DNA from: the human T2T-CHM13v2.0 reference genome, Homo sapiens
NCBI RefSeq assembly: GCF_009914755.1
Contig: NC_060925.1
DNA length: 64,000 nt
Reading direction: 5' to 3' (one strand)
How positions within the stretch are numbered: position 1 is the first letter of the stretch; each line of letters begins with the position of its first letter. The notes under the pieces are model-generated. The model saw only the letters and a list, made by a program, of their open reading frames with translations, searched no databases and was not told where the DNA came from. The translations under genes were made by a program, and so were the position numbers. Positions 1-14,366 of this stretch are shown here, in pieces.

Positions 1-1440
1 TGTTGATGGCCAGTCTGGTCCCAAGTAGACCCCATAGAGATGTCCTGGGCCCTTCATCCCCCCTCCACACCAGCACCAGCACCCACAACTTAGGGACAGA
101 CCAGTCAGCCCCAGAGAGAGAGAGAAAGAGAGAGAGGGAGGAGGGAGCAACAAGAAATGCTTGCACAGCTCTGTTCTGCAACATTCTTATCTTTCTCCTA
201 GAGGAATTCAAGCATTAAACCCTGGGGGAGGAATCTTCTGGTTCTCTTGTAAAGGAGGGTACACTCCACCCCACCCTAAACTCAGACATTTGAAGCAATC
301 CTAGTGGATAGTAAATCTGGGCTCCTCAAAGTTCTCAATTCAGGGACTCCTTTAGCATGACACAGGGCCCAGGGAGCATTTCCCTCACCCTAAATCAATG
401 ATTCTGACATCAAAGATGCCAACAAGTTTTCCCTGGGAACGCTTTGTGCCTATGACCCTTCGTTCAACAAACCTTTACCAAGCACCCACCAGGTGCCAGG
501 CACTATGCCAGGATCACAAAGGTGAACAAGAAAGACATGGTGTCTCATTCAGAAATGGATGGGCTAGGGGGAAATGGACACTAAATATTTGTATCACCAG
601 GTGATACGCGCTCTCACAGAAGTTACATAAAACGTGCCAAGATGACAGCTCTAATTATTCACTATTGTGCTTTTCAGTTTATATTCAAGTCCACATTGCA
701 GAATACATGTTAGAGAGCACTTATGTCTTGACATGACTTGCACTTTTGATCAGTCCATAGACTGCTTGAGTGGAAAGAAATTCCTCTAAGACACTCCCTT
801 CTGAGTATGAGTCAGAAAGCTGAGGTCTCCCCAGCATAGCCGGGTCAGGGGCAGGGTGACAGGGCCTCCCGACACACGCAGCATCCAAGCAGACTGAGCA
901 GAGCCTGCAGAGCGGGCAGCAGGATGGGACCTCTCCCGAGAGTCTGGAAGCCCCAGCTGGCTCCGGCCCTCTCTAGGGCTGCGGGACCCTCCCTTCTCTG
1001 GCCTCAGCTTCTTAGCTGCCTTGGTTAGACTGGACAGGAGGAGACAGCTCTGCCCTCCTTTCCACCTCTGAGCTTATGCTCTTGTGAGTCTCATTCTTGC
1101 CATGAAGAATTGAAGAATCTTTGTGCTCTGAGTCAGAAGCTATGTGGCCGCTTTGCTAAAATGTGACTCAAACACAGCCTCAGCCCTGAGGCCCCTTTCA
1201 TTATATTCCCTTATTTGGTCCCAGGCAGCATTTCCATATTCTCTCTGGGGAGCTGGTGGGCAGAGCCTTTCTGTGGGCCAAGGAGGAGCTCAGGTGCCAG
1301 ACACTCAGACTCTGATGGCTCTGTAGCTAACTGGCCCATCCTCAGAGACTAACGCAAAGGAACGAATTTCCAGGATGTTCGACTATGTGGAGAAAACAAA
1401 AAAAAAGCAAAGAAAAAAATATTTTTAAAGAAAGAAAGAA

Positions 1441-1728
1441 GGCCAGGTGCAGTGGCTCACGCCTGTAATCCCAACACTTTGGGAGGCCGAGGCAGACAGA
1501 TCACCTGAGGTCAGGAGTTCAAGACCAGCCTGGCCAACATGGTGAGTCAATACTAAAAATACAAAAATTAGCCAGGTGTGGTGGTGCACACCTGTAATCC
1601 CAGCTACTCAGGAGGTAGAGACAGGAGAATCACTTGAACCCAGGAGGTGGAGGTTGCAGTGAGCTGAGATCGTGTCACTGCACTCCATTCTGGGCAACAG
1701 ACTCCGTCTCAAAAAAAAAAAAAAAAAA
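1441..1728 (+). mobile_element. AluS element carrying the ATG|GTGAGT donor
   Basis: Dimeric Alu consensus with poly(A) tail. Confidence 0.97.
1539..1541 (+). CDS. CAPN2: Putative start codon (Met only) of an Alu-derived alternative first exon, splicing in frame to exon 2
   Basis: ccAacATG|gtgagt inside a sense Alu; phase 0 matches exon 2 acceptor; agrees with my recollection of an annotated isoform in which aa 1-79 are replaced by Met. 5' end of the exon cannot be read from sequence. Confidence 0.75.
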
Positions 1729-1868
1729 GAGAGGGAAGGAAGGGAGGGAGGGAGGGAGGGAAGAAGGAAGGAAGGAAGGGAGGGAGGGAGGGAGGGAGGG
1801 AGGGAGGGAGGGAGGAAAGAAGGAAAGAAGGAAGGAAGGAAGGAAGGAAGGAAGGAAGGAAAGAAGGA
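1729..1868 (+). repeat. Polypurine (GGGA)n/(GGAA)n microsatellite
   Basis: Pure A/G tract; 8 consecutive GGAA at 1830-1861. Confidence 0.97.
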
Positions 1869-2228
<360 letters not shown>

Positions 2229-3038
2229 TTATATGGAGAATTATTTGGACACCATCAAACTTCCACTAGCTGTCCCTGAAAACCGAAATTAATATGCTAA
2301 AAAATTACTATCTCTAAGTCCATAGAAAAGTCTCCTCTGTATATACATCAAGAAGAGAGCAAAACGGGGAGGATAGGACATAACCCACCTCCCAGAGAGA
2401 GAAGCAGCCTGGCCAGTGGAAGTGTCCTGGTGATATTCCCCCAAGCACTGCTACATTTCCAAGTGGCCCCTGTGACTGGAAATTAGAAGCATAGGAGTTA
2501 TTGACCTAGGTAGATTTTGAGGCAAAAAAATCCACAAAGGTACAAGAAGAGGAAGGAGAGGAAGGAGCTGGTGAAGGAGATTGAGAAAGAACAGCCAGGA
2601 AGGTGGAAGAAAAACCAGGAGAAGGAGGGGTCCATGGAAGCAGAGGGAAGAAAGTAAGGGAATGGCAACAGTGGCAGTGGCAGCTGCTGGACACAGAGAG
2701 TAAGAACTGAGAAGGTTTCCCTGGATTTCGAATCAAGGAAGTCATTGGGGACTGTGACCACTGCACTTCGCAGGGTGCTGACAAGTAAGGCTTAGAATGT
2801 TCATTTTCTCCCCCATTTGCTCTGCAAACCACATTGCCCCTGTCTAGGACAGAGGTTCCCAAAAGCAGTTTTGCATTCAAATGCCAACTCCACTACCCAC
2901 TGACTGTATAACCCTGGGTGACTCATTGAGTATCTTGGTGTCTCAGTTTTCTCATCTGTAAACATGGAAACAATGACAAGACCTATCTTATAGGGCTATT
3001 CTGAGGATTAAATGAGTAAATATGTGCAAAGCATTTGA

Positions 3039-3147
3039 TTTTTTTTTTTTTTAGATGGGGGTCTCTCTATGTTGTGCAGGCTGGTCTCAAACCCCTGGGC
3101 TCAAGTAGTCCTCTCACCTCTGCCTCCCATTGTGCCGTGCCTGGCCA
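3039..3147 (-). mobile_element. Alu monomer (FLAM-like)
   Basis: Poly(T) followed by antisense left-arm Alu sequence. Confidence 0.8.
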
Positions 3148-3159
3148 TTTGCAAAGCAC

Positions 3160-3516
3160 CTGAGATGAGGATGTGTTCTCTCCAGGCTGCTCCAGCCAAT
3201 GACAACACAGTAGAGGTACTGGGCTGGCCATTTCTGCCCAATGCAGACTTCTATTGGCCCAGCTTTGCCCCAGAATCCCCACTGGGTTGGCCAAGGCTTT
3301 CTCAGAGTGGCACTGCAGTCTATGGATCCTCCTACCACACCGCCTTTCCTTCCCCATCTCTTTTCATAGGTGTAAGGCTTATGTTATGGGCTGAAGGCTT
3401 TTCTGGACTACTCCTGTTCTCTCTCCCCTCCAGTTACACAGGACTTACCCCCAATAAGTCTCTTGCATGTCTAACTTCGTTTTGGCATTTGCTTCCCAGA
3501 GGACTCAAGTTGACAC
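3160..3516 (+). mobile_element. Old ERVL-type LTR fragment (LTR40/LTR16-like)
   Basis: 3' end aataagtctcttgcatgtctaac...tgcttcccagaggactcaagttgaca resembles ERVL LTR termini; subfamily uncertain. Confidence 0.5.
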
Positions 3517-3733
3517 ACTTGGTTAAACAGAATTCTCTGCTACAGGACTTGTCAGAGCCTTTAATATTAAAATACACACATTATAACTCATCAAGAGGGA
3601 AAAGTATAAAGCATTTCCCAAATTCATTTGATCACTAAAAACCACACACTCACATCCACACACGCCACAGACCCTCTCATGAACATCTCATGAAACATGT
3701 TTTGCTGAGTAAAGTTTGTTTAACATTGAACTA

Positions 3734-4031
3734 GGCCAGCCGTGGTGGCTCACACCTGTAATCCGAGCACTTTGTGAGGCCAGGGCAGGCAGATCACTTG
3801 AGGTCAGGAGTTGGAGACCAGCCCGGCCAACATGGTGAAACCCCGTCTCTACTAAAAATACAAAAATTAGCAGGGCATGGTGGCGCATGCCTGTAATCCC
3901 AGCTACTCAGGAGGCTAAGACACAAGAATCACTTGAATCCAGTGGGTAGAGGTCGCGGTGAGTCGAGATCACGCCACTGCACTCCAGCCTGGGCAACAGA
4001 GCAAGACTCTATCTCAAAACAACACCAAAAA
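3734..4031 (+). mobile_element. AluS element
   Basis: Full Alu, TSD aacattgaact. Confidence 0.97.
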
Positions 4032-6522
4032 ACATTGAACTGAAGACCCCTAAAGTTCCATCCAACCCTGAGATTCTTTCATATGAATCTCAAAGTGTGA
4101 AACGCCTCAGTCGCCTAGGGCCTTATTCTACAGAAGGGAAGTCCAAAGGCTCATTTGAATTGCATTAGCAACTCGAGCTATATTTGTAAGTCTCCTCCCA
4201 TCTGAGAATTTCTTTGTCAGCAACATTTTCCCTATTCTACAGATGGAGAAATTGAGGTCTAGGAAGACCAAGACACTTGTCTCAGACCCACAGTTGAGGT
4301 CTTAGTTTGCCACTGAGTCACGGTCCGTGTGACACAAGGATGGAAAACCAAAGGGAGCCATAGCTGAGGGAAGGGAAATGAGAAGGGTATCTGAAATGTC
4401 GGCCCTGCAATAAGGTGGGCCACAGCAATAATGAGATGTCACTGGGCTCAGCCCTGTGCCTGGAAGGAGGGAGGTGGTCAAGGATATCAACAAAAAAATA
4501 GTTGCTGATCCCAGGAGAAATACAACACTGAATTGAGGGGAAAACACAGAAACACATCTAGACTGTCATTAAACAAATGTAACCGAGGCAGGGGAAATGT
4601 GGAGCCCCAACGTGAGTAGGTGATGGAGTTGGGTGACTGTCATATGTCACAGCAGGATGGGTAGTTGGCTGCCCCCAGCCCCCTCCTGCCGCTCCCTGTT
4701 CCAGCACCCTGGCCCACCAGCCCCTTCCTGGCAACTCCCATACTCCCCCAGTTCATCCACTAAAGGATTAATAGCTCACTCAGGGGAGGCTTCCTGCCCC
4801 TCGGCCAACACCAACTTCCCTTTCAGCAAGCCAGTGTCGGCACTACAGTGGTTTGGAATACTTTCAATATCACTCCCTGTTAACAAGCCTATCCTTGGAC
4901 TGGCTGAGAAAAGAAATGGAACGGGGCAAAGTAACAAAACAAAGAGGCAAGACAGAGCCAAATGTCTCCTATGGTTACCTAAATCACAATTTAGACAAGC
5001 ACTGGTGATTCTTGCACATAGAGAACCACCACTGAACTGTACAGGGGAAACTGGTTTCTGCCCCAGAGATGTGTTGGGGAAATGACATACTGACCACCAT
5101 GACTACATCCTCGGAAGACTGAGTGGCAGAGTGCTACTTTGGCTTTCTTACCAGGTGAACTTGAGCATATATCTGGGCAGTTCTAGAATTTCGATGTGGG
5201 AGGGACTTAGGGATGAAAAAAATAAAATGTGGATGGTAGATGGCATTTGGGGCAGGGGATTGGAGGCTTGTCTTGTAGCTGTTTCTGCTTAGTAAGCTCC
5301 CTGTTCTGGCTTAGAGACATATTTATTGGGGAGCTTGCTGATGGGAATTATGGACGGGGCCAACTCCTCTCCCAGCACCCTGTGGTGCTGACATCTGAGG
5401 TGATCACTTCCCATGGAGTGGAGAAAAGCATGCTGCTCTATATTTGTTCCCTACATCAGGAAGCGTGAAAACAGGATTTGCTGCCACATGTCAAGTACTC
5501 ATGTGCCTGTAGAAGAAAGGGGCCATTGCTGCTGATGATAACAATGATAGCATCTAAGGTTTTATAGTTCCCCAAATAATTTCACATACACTGTGATTTG
5601 ATGCTTATAACAACCGTGTGAACTATGCAAAGTAGGTATTATTTCCCCATTTTAAGAGATGGGAGAATGGATAGTTAGTATTTTGAAAATTGCCAGACCC
5701 CACACTTATAAGACTACATGTATTATTAGTAAAATTACTACTAGGGGACCCCAGCTATGAAAACCTCTCTGGGAGATAGCACTGGTGGGTGAGGGGCAGC
5801 AGCTTCGGCTCTTGCCTCCTGGCAAGGGTGGGATGTAATACCCTAAGCTCCAACAGACTGGGGAAAGAGAAGGGGCTTAGAAAACTGTCTGGGCTGCTGG
5901 ATTTCTTTCCGGAGTTTCCCTCTCTCCTTCTACTGTCAGCACGTCCCATCTTTTGCAACACCAGGGAGAAGCCTTTCCATGCCTCTTCAGCTCTTGGAAT
6001 CCCTCCAGAAGCCCCCTCCCTCCTGAGTGGCATCTAACAGGCCTGTCCAATACTCATGCTACAGCTATGAGGAAAGAATAAACCCTGCAGCTGCTTCAGA
6101 AGAGAAAGAAATCTCTTTTCAAATGAAACCGTTTTTTGCAGCCCTGTGGAATTCATATTCTCTGTGATCTCCTTTGGATTCAAATCACGGACCTGAAAGA
6201 GGGAGGGGAAGAAAACAGGTTCTTTTCCTCTGCCTGGGCCTGCCGTTCCCTCTGCCCTCCTACACTGGGTATGGACAGACCCCAAGGGACCATGGTCTAG
6301 GTGTTGGCAGCCAGGCTGGCTCTACAACACAACATGTCAGCTGCTCTGCTGGGCCTCTGTTTACTCATCCATTAAATGAGGAGATAAGATCTCCCTTGAC
6401 TGGCTGTGAAGATTAAGTGCACAAATATGTGTAAAGTGCACAAATATGTCAAATAAAAACTGAGACTGACACGTGGAGGTGCAAAATTAAAAAGGAAGCT
6501 TTGGTTAGTATCTCCAGAACCT

Positions 6523-7025
<503 letters not shown>

Positions 7026-7868
7026 AGTTACTCACAAGGTCAGTGGCCCAGACCCAGGCAGTTCTGGATAATCCCAGCTGTTTCTGACTCACCACCATCC
7101 TCAGGGCTGGCTGACTCACTCCAGGAAGGTTTTCCACCATGAAGTGTTTGTCTATGTCCTTGTGTTCCCGTGAAAAGGATTGTGTGGTCAGAGAAAGAGA
7201 AGACTTTGCTGGGTCAGTGAGATAGCATAGTGTGAGAGGCTTTGGGAAGTAGAAAAAGCAACATTAACTCAGGTTTAAAAACTAGACTTTGTCCAAATGG
7301 TTGGGGAAAGTAGTCATTGTATGTGTTTGCAATTAAATTTGGGTGGCATAGGACAGCCTAAAGCCCTTTGTAAGCAGAGCTCTATGTGCGCAGCGATCCC
7401 TAGAAGGCTGGCAAGGGGAGTGGCCAGGGCTGCACCAAAGAGGGTGTTGCCTAGCTGGGGAAGAGGAACTTCAGGTGAGCCAGGAGGCTCTTCTGCTCCC
7501 AGGCTGTGCAAAGCTTCTGAGTTGACTGGAATGATAGGTCTGATCTGCCCATTTGTTGCTAAAATGACTTAGGAGGGAAATGACCTCCACCTGCCTGGGA
7601 GGAGTCACTTCCTCCAGAGATGAGCTGTCCTTGAGGAGATCAGTGGGAGGAGAAGCCTGCGCTCTGCCCCACTGGGCAGAAGGACAAGCTTTCTCCCAAG
7701 AGCCTCGAGCCCAGAAGAAGTCGGGGTGGGGCCAATGGAAATCAGACAGTGGAACAAATGAACAGCTTCCAGGACAGGGCTGTCGCTTTCCTCTGTTTTC
7801 AATTGTGATGGCTTCATGAAACCCTTGCACCAGAAACCCATGAGCTAGAAATGAATGCCTGTATCCCC

Positions 7869-7915
7869 ATCTCTGGACTCAGAGTCCAGAGTGCCAACCA
7901 TTACACAATGGAACC
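7869..7915 (-). pseudogene. 3'-truncated tRNA-Gln(CTG) retrocopy (nt 1-47)
   Basis: Reverse complement GGTTCCATTGTGTAATGGTTGGCACTCTGGACTCTGAGTCCAGAGAT is 43/47 identical to recalled tRNA-Gln-CTG 5' part; flanked by TGT(A/G)TCCCC direct repeat. Confidence 0.85.
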
Positions 7916-8042
7916 TGTGTCCCCGCCTTATTCAAGAGTAAAGAAAGCAAAGCCTGGTGGTGGACGGTGGTACCTGCCCATCAGGCAGCATGCCCAGACT
8001 TGCAAACCAGAGATGGAGGATGTCAAATAAAAACAAAACCAT

Positions 8043-8659
<617 letters not shown>

Positions 8660-9103
8660 TCAGAGAATCTGCAAGCAGCTCAAAATCAAACAGAAAAAGA
8701 TTCTTCTTTTCTAGGGTAAAGGAGGAGCAAGTGGAGATAAGCAGACTCTTGGGAGGGGAAGCTGGACAAGTGAGGGGAAATGACCAGTGGGAGCTGACAG
8801 GAAAAGGGTCTTGCTGTGTTCAGTCAATTCCCAGGAGAAGCTGGGCAGGGAAGTGACTTGGCAGGGACACTCCACTTTGTTTGTGCTTGTTCAGGCTTGG
8901 GGGCAAGCAGCATTCAGGGATCTGTAGGAAAGAGAGAAGTCTGACCAAAGTTTTGTCAAGCAAAGGGGGTAAGCAATGGGTGTCAGAGACAAGAATAGAT
9001 GGGGGCAGAGGAATAATAGTGACAAAAATACTTGCTTTAAGAAAAGGTAACATCATGGCTCTCATATTAGTATAAAATAAACACATTTTAAAGATTCCAT
9101 TTC

Positions 9104-9557
<454 letters not shown>

Positions 9558-9704
9558 CTACTGGACAGAATGCATTTGCATATCTATAGGAAAAATTATT
9601 TTCCATTGCTACAGTTATCTACAACTTAGATTACTTACTTAGAGTTACTTAGGTAACTATACATTGCTACAGTTATATACAACTTAGAGTTATAAAATAA
9701 CTCA

Positions 9705-10947
<1,243 letters not shown>

Positions 10948-11167
10948 CTGTAGACCATGCACAGTTTTCCAGTGAAACCCAAATTCTTCCCTACTACTGT
11001 AGAGAAGAAGAGGAGGTAATTTCTTCCCATCTGCATTTCTTGGCACGCACCCATGTCTCTGTGTGTGAGATGAGAATCACACCCTAGCTCCACAACAGAG
11101 TGGTCACAGTAGCCAACACAGGCAGTATTCTAAATGCTCTCTCCCTATAGTAACCCAACTAATCCTG

Positions 11168-11648
11168 CCAGTTAAATATGAGTTTCAGGTAAACAATGAA
11201 TCATATTTTCTTTTAGAATAAGTATGTATGCCCATGCAATATTTGGGCCCTACATATACTTTAAAAGTATCTGTTGTTTATCTGAAATTCAAATTAAACA
11301 TTTGGGAGGGTTGTTGTTTTATTGGCCAAATCATTTTATTTTATTTTATTTTTGATATGGAGTTTCGCTTTGTCACCCAGGCTGGAGCGCAGTGGCGCGA
11401 TCTCGTCTCACTGCAACTTCTCCCTCCTGGGTTCAAGCGTTTCTCCTGTCTCAGCCTCCCGAGTAACTGAGATCACAGGTGCCTGCCACGACGTATTTTT
11501 AGTAGAGACGGAATTTCACCATGTTGACCAGGCTGGTCTCAAACTCCTGACCCCAGGTGATCCGCCTGCCTCCGGCCTCCCAAAGTGTTGGGATTACAGG
11601 TGTGAACTACCGCACCCAGCCTTATTGGCCAAATCTGACAACCCTATC
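11168..11648. mobile_element. MER53 palindromic hAT MITE interrupted by antisense Alu (11333-11621)
   Basis: ccagttaaat...tttcaggtaaacaa / ttgtttatctgaaattcaaatt arms; Alu TSD ttattggccaaatc at 11319-11332 and 11622-11635. Confidence 0.8.
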
Positions 11649-11724
11649 TATAATCAAATAAACAGCTGAGCAGTAGTAATTGCAGCATTGTGATTGCAAT
11701 AGGCCTCCGGTGGCTTAGAGTCCC

Positions 11725-11890
11725 TGTTCTGCCTGTGACTGTTGTGCCACATTGGGGACGTCATTTAGCGTCTCCGAGGCTCAGTTTTCTCATCTGTAAA
11801 ATGGGGACAATATCAGCGCCTTCTTCAGAGTCGCTGGGAGGATTAAATGAGATGATGTATGCAGAGCCGTTAAGACGCTGTTTGGCACAA
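11725..11890 (+). mobile_element. MIR adjoining the promoter CpG island
   Basis: MIR core ctcagttttctcatctgtaaaatgggg...gaggattaaatgagat. Confidence 0.8.
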
Positions 11891-11939
11891 AGTTCAGGGC
11901 AGCTGGTTTAGTTTCCTCGACTTCACTACCTGACCCTCT

Positions 11940-12900
11940 GCTAACTCCCCGGGTGTTTTCCGGACGGCCACAACTATCCTAGCCTTCTTCCCTATGGGCT
12001 GCAAAGGTGGCCTCGGGTTCCGGTGGGAGCCCCAACTCTGGACCGCGATTCGCGAGCCTCCCCGGCGCCGGGCCGCGCCATCCCGGGAGCTGTCCGCAGA
12101 TGGCAGCACCGGCCCCGGGTCGCGGCGTTCCCGGCGCTCGGCAGGCCGCAGGATGGCCTGGTCCCGGGCCGGGAGCCCAGCAGGCCGGGAGCGGCTGAGG
12201 CCACACCCCGCGGGCCGGGCCGCTTCCCTCCGGTGAATCATCGCTCGCAGCGGCGGCGCCCGCAGTGGCCGCAGCAGCGCGCCGGGCCCTGGCCGCGCCC
12301 CAGCCGAGCGCAGCGCGGAGTCGCCCCGACCTTTCTCTGCGCAGTACGGCCGCCGGGACCGCAGCATGGCGGGCATCGCGGCCAAGCTGGCGAAGGACCG
12401 GGAGGCGGCCGAGGGGCTGGGCTCCCACGAGAGGGCCATCAAGTACCTCAACCAGGACTACGAGGCGCTGCGGAACGAGTGCCTGGAGGCCGGGACGCTC
12501 TTCCAGGACCCGTCCTTCCCGGCCATCCCCTCGGCCCTGGGCTTCAAGGAGTTGGGGCCCTACTCCAGCAAAACCCGGGGCATCGAGTGGAAGCGCCCCA
12601 CGGTAGGAAGCGCGCGGCAGGACGCGGGCAGGGCGGGGTGCCGGGCAGGGCGGGGTGCAGGCCGGCCCGCGGCGCGCTGGGGCGGGGGGCAGCCCGGGTG
12701 CTGCAGTGGGGAAGCCGCAAGCCAGGACCTCGCAGTCCTGCGACACCTCCGCGCCGCCAGAGCCCGGGACTCTGTTCGAGCGTGGGGGGACTCCCGGGGC
12801 CTTCCCTCTCTTCCACCCACCACGCTTTCCTGGGCGGGTCGAGGCGAATCACTGCCCTCAGATCCCACTAGCAGGCCACTTTAGGACTTCACAAAAACTC
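11940..12900 (+). promoter_or_regulatory. CAPN2: CpG island / TATA-less main CAPN2 promoter
   Basis: Very high GC and CpG density around exon 1; AP-1-like TGAATCA at 12234-12240; GC boxes in 5' intron 1; no TATA box. Confidence 0.95.
12366..12602 (+). CDS. CAPN2: Calpain-2 catalytic subunit, coding exon 1 (aa 1-79; anchor helix and start of protease core PC1)
   Basis: Strong Kozak gcagcATGG; translates [52 protein letters not shown]...GIEWKRPT; donor ACG|gtagga; inside CpG island. Confidence 0.99.
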
Positions 12901-13749
12901 AGGGTGATGCAGGAGGCCGGGGTGAAACTTTGATTGGACTCTAGCGGGGAGCTGGAAGGGAAGGGGAATCGGGTCTGCAGGGAAGGGACGGTGAGAGGCA
13001 GCATCTACCAGACAAAGTCCGTCTCCAACTGGGGTTCTGTCTGTTCATGGAGGGGGACAGGCCATAGCCTGGTCATTTTGTGACTAAGGATAGTCTCCTG
13101 CAGCCCTGGGGTTAGATTTATTTTTCCAAAGGGGAGCCAGCGATACCTCCTCATAACATTGACACTGGTAATTAACCCAGGACACGGAGGTGTCTCATGG
13201 TTTCCCTGGCGGGAATCACCCGGGAAACCTCCGGGAGCCCTCCAGACCCCCTTATCCCGTCCCCCAGGGTCTCTGACCTCCCGGCCCTGGGACAACTTGT
13301 GCTCCCCAATCTACTTGTCCATTCTGTTTCTTGGGGAACCCCTGAGGCTCCTCCTCCTTTGGGACACTTCCCCAGGCTTCCCCTACCACGCCTAGGAAAG
13401 CCTGCCCTGAAGTCCAACTTCTAGATTCCTGTTGTGAGAACAAGGCTTCCAGCTCTGCTTCCACACCCAGCAGCCTCCCAGGTCACCTTCTGTTACCCTA
13501 AATCCAGCCCATAGGTAGCAAGGGCTGCAGGAAGCGCCCTAGCCCAGACTCAGAGCACTTGGGTTCTTCTTCTTGCTAACCTGCTGGTGACCTTGAACGA
13601 GCCATTTAACCTCTCTGTGCCTCCATGTCTTCATCTAAAAGAAAACATGCTGCCTAAATATTTTCTCTCTTTTGTGGCCCACTAGGCCCTGCCGTCATGG
13701 CCTCCTTTCAGTCTCTCAAAGAGCCGGTTCTTTCCTGCATGAGGCCTTC

Positions 13750-14140
13750 TCACCAGCAAGGCACACTGTTACCTGGAGTGTGGCTCACTCTCATTCTTCC
13801 CAACTTAGTCACATGTTCCCTTCCTAAAGAGGTCTTTTCTGACCCTTCTTAGCAGCCACCTCCCCACCTTGTTTTTCTCTGTCACCCCACTCATTTCCTT
13901 CATAGCATTGTCACAGTTTAGAATATAATCACATGTATTTGTTCTTCCTACTGAACTGCAGGAATCATGTGTATATTATTTACCAGTATATCCCCAGTGC
14001 CTGACACATAACCATGCCTTTCACAGTATTCATTCATTCATTCATTCATTCATTTACTCACTCATTTGACAACACTGATTGAGCACCTGTTACATGCCAG
14101 GCACTGTCCTGAGAGCTCAGGAGATACACCAGTGAACACA
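13750..14140. mobile_element. L2 3' fragments in opposite orientations around a (CATT)n run
   Basis: atccccagtgcctgacacata (L2 3' end) then cattcattcatt...tgagcacctgttacatgccaggcactgt. Confidence 0.6.
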
Positions 14141-14228
14141 AAAGAAGTGACTGTTTGTAGAATATGGATGCAGGATTGTAATGTGCCTCAAATGAAATTA
14201 TGGTTGTGAAAGTGATACGCTGACCTGA

Positions 14229-14366
14229 CTCAGTGCCTCACACCTGTAATCCCAGCACTATGGGAGGCCAAGGTGGGAGGATCGCTTGAGCCAGGAGTTC
14301 AAGACCAGCCTGGGCAACACAGTAAGACTTGTCTCTATAAAAAAGTAAAAAAAAAAAAAAAAAAAA
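14229..14366 (+). mobile_element. Alu monomer (FLAM-like)
   Basis: Left-arm Alu followed directly by poly(A). Confidence 0.85.

Noticed and set aside
7869-7915. Functional tRNA-Gln gene
   Set aside because: T-arm, B-box and 3' acceptor strand missing; cannot fold as a tRNA
11894-12933. Long overlapping ORFs on both strands (185-282 aa) around exon 1
   Set aside because: Expected from stop-codon scarcity in a GC-rich CpG island; low-complexity R/P/A/G sequence with no recognisable domain
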